This document shows, one piece after another, positions 1 through 12,544 of a stretch of DNA of 64,000 nucleotides. The DNA is taken from positions 7,182,252-7,246,251 of the forward strand of contig NC_057755.1 of NCBI RefSeq assembly GCF_004010195.1, in the 5' to 3' direction. The notes beneath the pieces are model-generated. The model ran no database searches. It saw nothing but the letters and a program-made list of their open reading frames with translations, and was not told the origin of the DNA. The translations under genes were made by a program, and so were the position numbers. Each line of letters starts with the position of its first letter. Position 1 is the stretch's first letter. This stretch comes from Chiloscyllium plagiosum (taxonomy: Eukaryota).

Positions 1-705
1 TACACTCTTGCCTTGTAGTCTACTTTTCCAAGCCACACATCCTAAGTCATGCCTCACCGCATCATAATTTCCCTTACCCCAGCTATAATTCTTGCCCTGT
101 AGTACACACTTATCCCTCTCCATCACGAGAGTAAAAATCACCGAATTATGGTCACTATCCCCAAAGTGCTCACCTACCTCTAATTCTAACACCTGGCCTG
201 GTTCGTTACCCAGAACCAAATCCAGTATGGCCTCACCTCTTGTTGGCCTGTCTACATATTGTGTCAGGAAACTTTCCTGCACACATTGAACAAACACTGA
301 CCCATCTAACGAACTTGAGCTATAGCTTTCCCAATCACTGTGCACAATGCTTCAAAGTTGCCTTACAAACGTCCTGTATAACCCCAACAGGCCGTTCCAA
401 CTCTTAAATTCTATGGTCTATGCTATGAAGTCAAACAAACCAAATGTCTACGTTACCACACTGTACACCTGTGACACAATCTTCAAAAAACTATGTACCT
501 GAGCCCCGAAGTCTCCCTGATTCACAACACTAGGGCTCTTCCATCGATGATATAAGTTCTTCCCTTTTTCATCTTTCCAGAATGCAACACTTTGCATTTA
601 TGTAAATCTGCCAGTCCTTGGCCCATTGACTCGATTGATAAAGATCTTTTTGAAACCTTAGAAAACCTTCTTCACTGACTACTATGCACCAACTTTGGTG
701 CTACC
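1..705 (-). mobile_element. CR1 LINE fragments (endonuclease region joined to RT C-terminal region)
   Basis: Homologous to 31430-31720 and to other minus-strand CR1 pieces in the window. Confidence 0.75.
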
Positions 706-1499
706 CACAAACGGGCTTCAAAGAAATTTCTTCTGCCAGACGGTAGTGTCTGCAGTTCTCCACCAAGAAGACTTTGGAAGCTGGATAACTAAAAGTATTT
801 GAAGAAGGAACATGGAGAACGTGCAAGCTCCACACAGAGAGTCGCCTGAGGCAGGAATTGAACCCAGGTTTGTAACGCTGTGAAGTAGCAGCGCTAACCA
901 CTGCACCACCCGCAATGGCGCAGCCTTGTAACAGGTGAGACTTGAACCTCGATCTCTTTGGTCGATAGTTAGATATTAACAGCATCGACACAAAGACAAT
1001 TGAATGTCGCTGGCAATCGATCAGTGAGCGACTGTAACTCAGCAACTTGAAATTGGAACAATCAGATGGTAGACGTGCTTATCAACTAACCACAGACCTC
1101 GCACTTTGTAAGTATTTGTTCAAGCTGAACCAGCAACATCAGTCATCTTATGAGTAGAACATGGCGGTTCTAACCAGATGGCTTGGAATTGAAGTTATTT
1201 TGCATTGTTGTTGTTGATAATTCTGGACAATGTTTTACATTTGCTGCTAATCAATACCCTTTGAACAACAATCAGTCAAACCACGCACAAAAAAAGGATA
1301 TTGGACCCCTTGATCACCAGGAATCAGAAAATAAAACTTTCAATACGACCAATTACGGAAAAGTCCTTGCAATCATCACAGAAAATATGGTCTTTTGGTG
1401 AACCATGTGGCAACTGTGACTAACATAAATAATAGAAGTGAAGGTTTCATGCATTCATTAGTTTCATGTAATCATTATTAGACATTTAAAACCTTACTT

Positions 1500-2320
1500 A
1501 GTATATAGTGGACGGCTTTAGGCGTGTGTTTAAGAAAGGATGTGTTACAATTGAAGGGGATTCAAAGGACATTCGCAAGAATAATCCCGACAATGAAGGG
1601 TTTGTCATATGTGGAGAGATAGAAGATTCTGGGTAAGTACTCAATGGAGTTTAAAAGAATGCGGGACAATCTAATTGGAACTTAAAGATGATGTAGACTG
1701 CCGGTGTTGAACTGTGGTTGAAAAATTTAAAAAATCATGCAACGCCAGTTAATCGTCCAATTGGTTTTTTCGGCAGTAAAAGCTTTTGGAACACCGCACC
1801 TTCGTCAGACAGCTAGTGGGGGAAGTTTGTTTGCACACATAATTTGTAATAAAATTTACTATTAACTCTATGTTCTATGATCATGCCCAACTAGCTATCT
1901 GATGAAGGCACAGCGCTCCGAAACTTGAAATTCCAAATAAACCTGTTAGCCCATGACCAAAAACATTAGAGGCTGGGATGGAATGGACAAGGTAATTGTT
2001 TCCACTAGGAGAGACTAGGACAGGAAGGCACACCCTCAGAGTGAGAAACGACCCTTAAGAATTGAAATGAGAAGGCACATCTTCAGCCAGAGCTTTGTGA
2101 TTCTGTGGAATTCATTGCCACAGAAATGCTGTGGAGACTAAGTTACTGATTGCATTTAAGACAGAGATAGACAGTTTCTTGATGAATTAGGAGATCCAGG
2201 GCCACATGGAGAATGCAGAAGAATGGGGTTAAGAAACATAGCTGCCGCACTGAATGATGGGTCAGATTTGTTGGGTCAAATGACCTAATTCTGCTCTTCT
2301 ACTGTGTGTTCTTATGATTT
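1500..2320 (+). mobile_element. Old CR1 3' end with a degraded PLE palindrome at ~1705-1955
   Basis: Degenerate RKDV..LE..QR and FSQR..LWNSLP blocks; inner segment resembles 5004-5181. Confidence 0.6.
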
Positions 2321-2679
2321 TCAGGACAACTAGTAAATAGCATCAGATGCACACATGCGTCAAACAATTCCCAAAAATCAAAATAGATTCTAAGCGTCAC
2401 TCTTTGATCTTCAATGACGTTACGATCATGGGATGCATCATTATCAACAACCTTGGAAACAACTCAGACTCAAAACTGTCGTGTATTTGCCATGTAGGTA
2501 TTTTTGCTGCACCAACATGCCAGAATTTAGGATTCTTGCAGTGGTCAATTCACATCCTGACTCCCAAATCCTGTCCACCTTCTCCAAAGTGCAATTCAGG
2601 AGTCTGATGGTATAATCCCCTCTTGCTCTGGATGGATGCAGCTCAAACAAGAAGCTTGACAGCATCCAGGACCATGCAA

Positions 2680-2720
2680 AATTCTGAAGAAGAGTCGCGT
2701 CAGACTCGAAACCATAATTG
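2680..2720 (+). ncRNA. Hammerhead-like motif from a second PLE family
   Basis: CUGAAGA-A-GAGUC(GCGUCA)GACUC-GAAAC at 2684-2712; stem III and cleavage site degenerate. Confidence 0.6.
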
Positions 2721-5003
2721 TTGTTTCCCTCTCCAAAGAAACTGCTATATCTGCCGAATTTATCGAATGTTTTCTTTGTCCATTTCTGATGCCCAGCATC
2801 CGCAGTAGTTTGTCTTTATTCCATGATAGATCAGCCCACGTGATTGCCACTACATCCACAAACATTCCGTTCATTCCCCCACTATTGCTCAGTAATAGCA
2901 GGGTGTATCATCTGCAAGACACATTGCAATAACTCACCAAGGCTCCTCTCAACCTCAGTGCCTCTATTGTCAAGAAGCAGCACATGTATTGGACTGACAC
3001 CACTTGCAAGTGACCGTCAAACCATTCGCCTTCCTGGCTTGGAAAAACATCACCGTTCTTTCAGTGTTGCGGGATCAGTTAAAGGGCATTTAGACAGCTA
3101 CATGGACAGGAAAGATTTACCGGGATATGAGCCAAAACTCGGCAAATGCGACTAGTTGAGTTTTGGAAACCTGGTCAGCATGGAGAAGTTGGACCGAAGG
3201 CTCTGCTTTCATGCTGTACAACTCCTTGACTCTATGTGGGTGCTCTTACTCCAAACGCTGCGCAGTGGTTTGGTGAGGCAGCGTACCACCACCTTCGCAG
3301 GCTTGGGCTCAGGATCAGTACTAAATGCTGACTCAGTCTGCTCTGTATTGGAACCACATACTCCGTAAAACGTTTAGTCATAAACCTGTTTCAGCAGACG
3401 GAATGACACAGCAGTAAAAACACTGTGGATGCAGAGGTTGGAAATGCCCAAAATTATGGAAAGTATGTCAAACTTCAATAAAGAATGAGGGTGTAGGGTT
3501 AAATAGATTTTGCACAAACATAATTAGATTTAAGGACCTACCAATAATGCCAACAGTTGCAAGAATCGGATAATAAATTGATGCAACCCGTAAGATCGCC
3601 GAGAGTTCCATTCTGTCCCAAACAGGTCTGTCAGTGTTGAGTCAATGATTATGTCCGCCAAAATACAAAAACAAATCAACACAATCTCATTTTATTTAGT
3701 AGGCAAATGCCCAGTGAGACAATAAGTCTGGTTGATTCCCTAATTACATCAGATGAAGTAATCTGAGCAAGCAGCAACTTAACAACTTTCCTCTGAGGGT
3801 TATTGTGGAACGAGATCTATTTTTAAGAAGAAAACGTCACTAATTTCTTGAGAATTAAAATTAGGTTTTATTGGTCATGTGTTGTCAAGTACAGAAGAAT
3901 GTGAGTACAGTGAAAATCTCAGGCCCCATCTCAGGTACAAATGTACTTAAATATAAACGTTTACGTACAAAAGTAAAAAAAAAACTAATTTAAGATTTCA
4001 ACATCGCAGTACTTCCTAGTATTCAGTCGCAAAATAAAGAAAAGATGTTAAAATTCGAAAGAATACTTCTGAAATATTTTCAAAGCCAGAACAATGCACC
4101 ACAATTTGCAATAAAGCTCTTCTGTACCATACTCAGATGTAGCTTTATCTCCATTATTGCCTCTTAAATCAACAAAACATGGACACATTTTCAAGTGAGT
4201 GAGAATCACACACAGATTTTTTTTCTTTCTGATGAAAGAGCTGAACTCTGCATTTCTGAGAGACATTCCATTCAGGGCACCCTCAGGAATGCCGAACTGT
4301 ATTGCCATCCTAACAGATGTTTTCTGGCTAGAACTGTCTTATAATGCATACAGAGGTGAGATTTGACAGTGCTATAAGAATAAACTGCTTGATGAGTAAT
4401 GACGTAGGACAACAGGTCAGTATTGTGCAAAGTGACTGGGGTGCTAGGCTTGTAAGGTGCCAACCAGGGCGCGGGTAGAATGTCAACTTGAATGTGGGTA
4501 ATGTAGTGATTGGAATTAGGTCAACCAAGTGGATCTCATTGAGTATGAGTTCCCAGACGGACCTGCTAACCTGGCCTAACCAGGTTTCCCTGGTTGACAG
4601 GCATAAACAGGAGTGACAGAAGTTCCGTTCACGCTGAGATCTGAGGAAACACACCAATGTCAAGTCCTTTGCACGTGTACATAAAGGGTGAATTGATGAC
4701 GAGAGTGGGATTAATCTTCCAACAACGCAAAAACGTTTGGACTTCAAACATACACTTCAATTGACTTTGCTATGAGGAAGTGAAGCATATGAGGTGCCAT
4801 GCCGAATGAGCTTGAGTGAAGACATTTGCGTTGTGTCACACAGGACATATACTGAACAGTGGAAATCTAGCAAAACCTCAAAACAAAGCCAATCATCGGC
4901 CAAGAAGCTCACATTTTCTTCAGTGTTCTGGTCAGCAAGCCATTGCAGTTTCTGCCAGTACGTGGATTGAAACAGCAAAACAGTCCGAGTCGTTCTGAAT
5001 TGA

Positions 5004-5181
5004 TGATTCGGAGATGCCAGTGTTGGACTGGGGTGTACAAAGTTAAAAATCACACAACACCAGGTTATAGTCCAACAGGTTTAATTGGAAGCACACTAGG
5101 TGATGAAGGAGCGACACTCCGAAAGCTAGCGTGCTTCCAATTAAACCTGTTGGACTATAACCTGGTGTTGTGTGATTTTTA
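5004..5181. mobile_element. Palindromic PLE-derived insert with 12-bp TSD
   Basis: Inverted arms ~5046-5095 and ~5131-5180; TSD gttctgaattga at 4992-5003 and 5182-5193; UGAUGA-A-GGAG(CGACA)CUCC-GAAA at the centre. Confidence 0.8.
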
Positions 5182-5279
5182 GTTCTGAATTGAGTCAGGG
5201 AACTCATCGGCTGGCTTCCAGGTGCGTATGCACAGCAGAATAGTTAACTACATCTGGCTTGGAACTGTTAAATTTCTGA

Positions 5280-6340
5280 GCGGCATCCAAAGTAACAGAA
5301 ACCAAAATAAAATGGCAGGTTAAATGGTCACCCATTTCTAACGGGGACTGGTACTAACGTGGCTGTGTTACTGATTGCAGAAACAGTCTTTCATAAAATT
5401 CGCCCTGGACTCCAGCCCTTACGTTTGCATACGAACTGAATGGACTGAAAACGTCTGCCAGAGAATCACGACAGATTGAAGACACAACTTCTGTTAACAT
5501 CTCGAATGAGAAGCATCTGGTTCAGTTCTCACTGATTGTAGTGAAAGGCTTGGACCCAAGGATGTTGGAACGAAATTGTTTGAGAAGGATTCACCTCGAT
5601 TACCTCAGCAATCTTTAAATTAGAAAATGGCTGCTTGAGTGAAAACCGAATTAAATACACAAATGTCTTTCACGAAGGTCATGGGATTATCAATAGAGTG
5701 AAGGCCATTTTGATTGTTGACCAGGAAGTAATTCCAAGATTCTGCTCCGCCTGTCCAGTGCCATTATGGACAAGGGCAGCGGGAGAAATCAGGTGGCTGG
5801 AAAGCAAAGGAATCATCAAAGCAGTCCAGTTTGTGAAATAGTCAGGTCCAGTCGTACTAATAGTGAAGCCTGACTGGCAGGTTTGGTTTTGAGGTGATTT
5901 TAAACAAACGGTAAACCACTCTCACGGCTGTATAAAATACCTAATCCCTGAACGGAGAGGTTGATATTTTGTTACATGGAGCAAGAGTGATTGTTCTGAT
6001 TAAAGGCTCCAATAGATACTGGCTGAACTCCACCAGGTTTGTCTGGGGCGTTATGTCTGATGGTCAACAGTGGATGCCAACGTGGCCACGTTAGTGGTAC
6101 GGTGCCCAGAGTGCCAACAAGGCCAAAGCTTACGGCCAGCAGCTTCCACATTCTTGGAAATGGCAGAGTAAACCGTCGACGAGGTTGCACGTCAACTATG
6201 CTGGTCATTTCGTGGGCTCAATGTTCTTGTTATTCAGCATACATAGAGTTCATTCAGAATACTCAGGGATGACGATTGAGAAGCTGAAAGCATCATTTGC
6301 GAACATGAGTTCCCGGAAATATTGGTCAAACACATAGATC
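5280..6340 (+). mobile_element. Degraded Gypsy pol fragment (protease, RT start, integrase start)
   Basis: EIRWLESKGIIKAVQF, PVVLIVKPD and DFKQTVN RT motifs, followed by CQR and RLHVNYAG integrase-like motifs; frameshifted and internally deleted. Confidence 0.7.
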
Positions 6341-6924
6341 ATCTGAAACTTGCTATCACGCAAATGGGGCAGGAGCAGAACATACCTGGCCCCTTAGAAC
6401 AACTGGAAGGAGTTTTGGAAACCGTCTAATGTCGAGGAAACTTCAGAGTACAAGAAGGATGCAGCTTTGATACCATTACCGCCACTGTCCTGTACTTTCC
6501 ACGGGTGACTGTGCCCAACAAACTTAGCCACCTCCGGAATTTTAATTTTTTCGCCTTCAGGAACGTATAACTGCGGGCCCTGTATCAACTGCTGCTGCAA
6601 ACCGTTCACCTCTATTCCCTCATCCACTGCCTGGACACGCCTTGGCGTGCCCATTTGCCACTGGGTGGTGGGGATACCCAGTAGAGGGCTCTCTACGCGG
6701 GAGTCCTTTCTCTTTCTCTGGGGGACCTGGTGTGGAGTTTGTTGCACGTTCCAGTCCCCTGCAAATGCACATTGCGGTGGTTCACAGACTCCCAGCCCAA
6801 CTGCTTATTCTGTGGTGCTGTGGAGTCCGTGAACCGTGTATATTTGGGGTGTGGGTGCTTGCACCTCCTTTTTAGCTCTCTGAAAAACCTTTTTCTCTGC
6901 ATTTGGTTGCACTTCAGTTGAAAC

Positions 6925-7545
6925 TTTATTGCTGGAACAGCACAGCAGGTCAGGCAGCATCCAGGGAACAGGAGATTCGACGTTTCGGGCACAGGCCCTT
7001 CTTCAGGAATGAGCAGAGAGTGTTCAGCAGGAGAAGATAAAAGGTAGGGAGGAGGGACTTGGAGGAGGGGCGTTGGAAATGTGATAGGTGGAAAGAGGTC
7101 AAGGTGAGGGTGATAGGTCGGAGTAGGATGGAGGCGGAGAGGTCAAGAAGAAGACTGCAGGTCAGGAAGGCGGTGCTGGGCTGGAGGGATTCGGCTGAGA
7201 CAAGGTGGGGGGAGGGGGGATGAAGAAACTGGTGAAGTCCACGTTCATCCCCTGCGGTTGGAGGGTTCCCGGTCGGAAGATAAGACGCTCCTCCTCCGGC
7301 CGTCGGGTTGTTGTGGTTTGGCGGTGGATGAGTCCAATGACCTGCATATCCTCGGTGGTGTGGGAGGGGGAGTTGAAATGCTGTGCTACAGGGTGGTTGG
7401 GTTGGTTCGTCCGGGTGGCCCAGAGGTGCTCTCTGAATCGCTCCGCAAGTAGGCGGCCTGTCTCCCAATATAGAGGAGGCCACACCGGCTGCAGAGGATG
7501 CAGTAGATGATGTGGGTGGAGGTGCAGGTGAATCTGTGGCGGATA
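6925..7545 (-). mobile_element. Penelope-like element 3' fragment (GIY-YIG endonuclease plus terminal repeat)
   Basis: LLYIGETGRLLAERFREHLWATRTNQPNHPVAQHFNSPSH; terminal hammerhead motif. Confidence 0.88.
6974..7010 (-). ncRNA. Minimal type I hammerhead ribozyme motif (PLE-associated), best-preserved copy
   Basis: AUUC-CUGAAGA-A-GGGC(CUGU)GCCC-GAAAC-GUC-GAAU: full core, 4-bp stem II, 4-bp stem I, GUC cleavage triplet. Confidence 0.75.
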
Positions 7546-7905
7546 TGGGCCGTGGACGGAGTCGTTATGGCCTATTGCTTGCCACAATTCTGTGGTTATG
7601 TGGTTATGTCCAGGCTTGCATGCCCTGAGAGAGTGAGCCCGCGGTGTCTACCAACACCCTCGAGGTTTTCAGGGAGAGGCGGACACCGTGATGTGTGGAG
7701 TGTTTATTTCTCCTACTGACCGAGTTTGATTTAGTCCATGCCCTTCCCTTTCACTGTTTGGTAACGCAGCATTGCCCTCTGATGAGAAGGGCACTGCTTG
7801 TGATATGAAGATGTAGGGTTACCTGTAAGAGAGTTGAAAGACAAACAGGGACTTAGAGAACCACAGAGTCCAGAAAAAGGTAACAATCAAACATGCTTAA
7901 CAGTT

Positions 7906-7923
7906 TGGGGGTTGGTCCATGAT
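7906..7923 (+). other. Degenerate tRNA-Pro primer binding site
   Basis: TGGGGGTTGGTCCATGAT just after the LTR end (taaca); 14/18 match to TGGGGGCTCGTCCGGGAT. Confidence 0.6.
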
Positions 7924-8240
7924 TTAACAGTTTGTAGGCTCATCCCCATGGTCTCGGATTCGTGATTTGAACAGGTTTAAACAGATCCAGACTGAAATTT
8001 GGACAGATTTGTATCGATTTGGGGGTACGAAAAAGCCCAGTAGATTTAAACGCTTGCACGTCAGTGCCCCAGATCTTTTAATAAAATGTTGCTGAGACAA
8101 TTTGTTTAATTTTAGTGACTTGTGGTTGGTTAAATTAGAAATGAGAGAAATGGATTTTCGAATTGCTAAAGAGGTTTTGGGATTTGAAAATGATTCTCAA
8201 ATCTGCCAAGGAATTTTAGGAAGAAAGGAAAAGGCCACAC

Positions 8241-9897
8241 ATAGAAATTAGAACAACACAGCAGACAACAGACCCTTCAGCCCTCGATGTTTTGCTGACC
8301 AGTTGTGAACTAACCTAAACCCATCCCTGCACTATTCCATCGTCATCTATGTGTTTATCCAAGGATTGTTTAAATTTCCCTAATGTGGCTGAGTTAACTA
8401 CATTGTCAGGCAGGCATTCCACGTCCTTACCACTCTCTGAGTAAAGAACCTGCCTCTGACATCTGTCTTAAATCTATCACCCCTCAATTTACAGCTATGC
8501 TCCCTCGTCAAAGCTGACGTCATCATCCTAGGAAAAAGACTTTCACTGTCTACCCTATCTAATCCTCTGATCATCTTGTATGTCTCTATCAAATCCCCTC
8601 TTGGCCTTCTTCTTTCCAATGAGACAGACCCAAGTCTGTCACCTTTCCTCATAAGACCTTCCCTCAAGACCGGGCAACATCCTGGTAAATCTCCTCTGCA
8701 CCTTTTCCAATGCTTCCACATCCTTCCTGTAATGGGGCGACCAGAACTGTACACAATATTCCAAGTGCAGCCGCACTAGCGTTTTGGATAGTTGCAGCAT
8801 GACATTAAGGCTCTGGAACACAGTCCCTCTACTAATAACACACCGTGTGCCTTCTTAACAGCACTATCCAACCTGGGTGGCAACTTTACGTACAGAGACT
8901 CCACGATCCCTCTGCAAATCCACGCTACCAATTATCTTTCCATTGACTCAGTATTCTGACTTCCTGTTATTCATCCCAAAGTAAATCACCACACATTTAT
9001 CTGCATTGAACTTCATTTGCAACCTCTCAGCCCAGTTCTAGTTTATCCAAGCCCCCCTGCAACCTGCAACATTTTTCCACACTGTCCATTACTCCACCGA
9101 TTTTCGTGTCATCTGGAACCTTACTAACCCATCTACATATGGCTGTGTGTAAGTCATTTATAAAAATAACCTACAGTAGTGGTCCCAAAACAGATCCTTG
9201 TGGCACACCACGAGTAAATGGACTCCAGGCTGAATATTTTCCATTAACCATCACTCGCTGCCTTCTTACGGAGAGCTAATTTCTAATCCAAACTGCTAAA
9301 TCACCCTCAATTCGATGCCTCTGCATTTTCTCCAACAGCCTACCATGTGTAACCTTATCAAAGAACTTACTGAAGTCCATGTACACCACGTTAACCGTCC
9401 TGCTCTCAACGACATGCTTGGTCACCTTCTCAAAACACTGGTTAGGTTTGTGAGACATGACCTGCTCTTCACGAATCCTATCTGACTATCTGCAATCAAA
9501 TTGTTGATTGCGAGATGATTATAAATCTTATCTCTCATAATCCTTTCCAAAACCTTTCCTACAACAGAAGTAAGGCTCACTGGTCTATAATTACCTGGGT
9601 CATCTCTGCTGCCCTTCTTGAGCAAGGGCACAACGTTTGCAATCCTCCACTCCTCTGGTACTAAATCTGTAGACAATGACGACTCAAAGATCAAAGCCAA
9701 AGGCTTCAACATCTCCTCCCTAGCTTCCCAGCGAATCCTCAGATAAATCCCATCCGGCCCAGCGGACGTGTCTACTTTCACTCCTTCTAGAATTGATAAC
9801 ACCTCTTCCCTACTAACCTCATTCCTTTCTATTCTATTATCTCGTATCTCATTCTTCTCCCCAACAATATTCTGCTTTTCCAGAGTGAAAACCGATC
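8241..9897 (-). mobile_element. CR1 LINE 3' part; continues at ~11705-12250
   Basis: GNYRPVSLTSVVGK, VYMDFSK and HLEYCVQFWSP motifs; tail at ~8241. Confidence 0.9.
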
Positions 9898-9899
9898 TA

Positions 9900-11582
9900 A
9901 ATAGATACTAGATACTAAATGAATATTTTGCATCAATATTTACTATGGAAAAGGATTTGGAAGATATAGACTGTAGGGAAATAGATGGTCACATCTTGCA
10001 AAATGTCTCGATTACAGAGGAGGAAGTGCTGGATGTCTTGAAACGGTTAAAGGTGGATAACTCCCCAGGACCTGATCCCGAGAACGCTGTGGGAAGCTAG
10101 AGAAGTGATTGCTGGGCCTCTTGCTGAGATATTTGTATCATCGATAGTCACAGGTGAGGTGCCGGAAGACTGGAGGTTGGCAAACGTGGTGCCACTATTT
10201 AAGAAGGGCGGTAAAGACAAGCCAGGGAACGATAGACCAGTGAGCCTGACCTCGGTGGTGGGCAAGTTATTGGAGGGAATCCTGAGGGACAGGATGTACA
10301 TGTATTTGGAAAGGCAAGGACTGATTAGGGATAGTCAACATGGCTTTGTGCGTGGAAAACCATGTCTCACAAAATTGTTTGAGTTTTTTGAAGAAGTAAC
10401 AAAGAGGATTGATGAGGGCAGAGCAGAGGCGTGATCTATATGGACGTCAATAAGGCATTCACAAGATTCCCCATGGGAGACTGGTGAGCAAGGTTAGATC
10501 TCATGGAATACAGGGAGAACTAGCCATTTGGACACAGAACTGGCTCAAAGGTAGAAGACAGAGGGTGGTGGTGGAGGGTTGTTTTTCAGACTGGAGGTTA
10601 GTGATCAGTGGAGTGTCACAAGGATCGCTGCTGGGTCCACTACTTTTTGTTATTTACATAAATGATTTGGATGCGAGCATAAGAGGTACAGTTAGTAAGT
10701 TTGCAGATGACATGAGAGGTGTCGTGGACAGCGAAGGGGGTTACCTCAGATTACAACAGGATCTGGACCAGATGGGCCAATGGGCTGAGAAGTGGCAGAT
10801 GGAGTTTAATTCAGATAAATGTGAGGTGCTGCATTTTGGGAAAGCAAATCTTAGCAGGACTCATACACTTAATGGTAAGGTCCTAAGGAGTGTTGCTGAA
10901 CAAAGAGACCTTGAGGTGCAGGTTAATAGCTCCTTGAAAGTGGAGTCGCAGGTAGATAGGATAGTGAAGAAGGCGTTTGGTATGCTTTCCTTTATTGGTC
11001 AGAGTATTGAGTACAGGAGTTGGGAGGTCATGTTGCGGCTGTACAGGACATTGGTCAGGCCACGTTTGGAATACTGCGTGCAATTCTGGTCTCCTTCCTA
11101 TCGGAAAGATGTTGTGAAACTTGAAGGGTTGAGAAAAGATTTACAAGGATGTTGCCAGGGTTGGAGGTTCTGAGCTACAGGGAGAGGCTGAACAGGCTGG
11201 GACCTTATAGAGGTTTACAAAACTATGAGGGGCATGGATAGGGTAAATAAACAAAGTCTTTTCCCTGGGGTGGGGGAGTCCAGAACTAGAGGGCATAGGT
11301 TTAGGGTGAGAGGGGAAAGATATAAAAGAGACCTAAGGGGCAACTTTTTCACCCAGAGGGTGGTACGTGTATGGAATGAGCTGCCAGAGGATGTGGTGGA
11401 GGCTGGTACAATTGCAACATTTAAGAGGCATTTGGATGGGTATATGAATAGGAAGGGTTTGGGGGGATATGGGCCGGGTGCTGGCAGGTGGGACTAGATT
11501 GGGTTGGGATATCTGGTCGGCATAGATAGGCTGGTCCGCAGGGTCTGTTTCCATGCTGTCCATCTGTGTGACTCTGTGACTC
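9900..11582 (+). mobile_element. CR1 LINE ORF2 3' part with tail
   Basis: PEDWRLANVVPLFKKG, QGSLLGPLLF, FADD, LEYCVQFWSP; frameshifted; tandem tail at ~11565-11582. Confidence 0.92.
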
Positions 11583-11738
11583 TAATGACCTTCAGAGTTT
11601 GCAAAGGTTGGCTAAGGCCAAGCCGCGGGAATTGGCAGGCAAGCTGATGTTGGAGCTGCCTCTTTCCATGAAGAAAGAAGAGATCATTACAGCAGTAACT
11701 CAGCTTCCCACCTCTGTCTTTGACTGGCTCTATTCTTA

Positions 11739-11951
11739 GATTAGAGTGGTGCTGGAAAAGCACAGCAGGTCAGGCAGCATCCGAGGAGCAGGGAAGTCGA
11801 CGCTTCGGGAAAAAGCCCTTCATCAGGATGAAGGGCTTTTGCCCGAAACGTCGATTCTCATGCTCCTCGGAAGCTGTCTGACCTGCTGTGCTTTTCCAGC
11901 ACCACTCTAGTCTTGACTCTAATCTCCAGCATCTGCAGTACCCACTTCTGC
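11739..11951. mobile_element. Palindromic PLE-derived insert
   Basis: Inverted arms meeting at ~11827; imperfect 15-bp TSD at 11724-11738 and 11952-11966. Confidence 0.8.
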
Positions 11952-12544
11952 CTGGTTCTATTGCTACTCGATTAATCATTTTATTCTGCACATACCTAAA
12001 AATAGCTTTAGGGTTCTCCTTTATTCTACCTGCTTAAGACTGCCTATGTCCTCTCTTTGCTCTTCTTAACTCTGTTTAAATCCTTTCCATCTAATCTGTA
12101 ACTCTCCATCGCCTCACCTGAACCATCTCATATCATGATCGCATCAGCATCCTTTTTTCCGCTTAAGAAAAAATGCAATTTCTATAGTAAACCACGGTTC
12201 CCTCACCTTAACACTTCCTCCCGGCCTGACAGGGACATACCTGTCAAGGGAAGCTTTAGAATTAGCAAAGAAGTTAGATTTTCGCTTAACCAAGGACAAA
12301 AGTAAAGCCGAAATTGTAAGGGAGTTACTCCAACGCTTAAGTTTGTCAGAGAAACAGAAAAGTGCAGTGGAGCTAGAAAAAATTGAATTTCAAGTGAGGA
12401 AAATGGAGTTAGAGCATAAAAAAAGAGATGGAGAGGAAAGAGAGAGAGAGAAAGAGAAAGAGAGAGAGAGAATGGGGAGTGAAGAGAAAGAGAGAATAAA
12501 GGTTCGCAGCTGAGCAAAGACAGAGAAGAGAGAGAATGAGAGAA

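Larger units (their letters stand above)
6360..7800 (+). mobile_element. Tx1/L1-like LINE 3' end, split by a PLE insertion
   Basis: C-terminal Cys-rich domain CLFCGAVESVNRVYLGC...LKNLFLCIWLHFS up to ~6918; resumes ~7546; homologous to 18960-19520. Confidence 0.7.

Noticed and set aside
4328..4747. 139-aa ORF with an ETWL motif as a LINE endonuclease
   Set aside because: Single short motif with no other endonuclease blocks.
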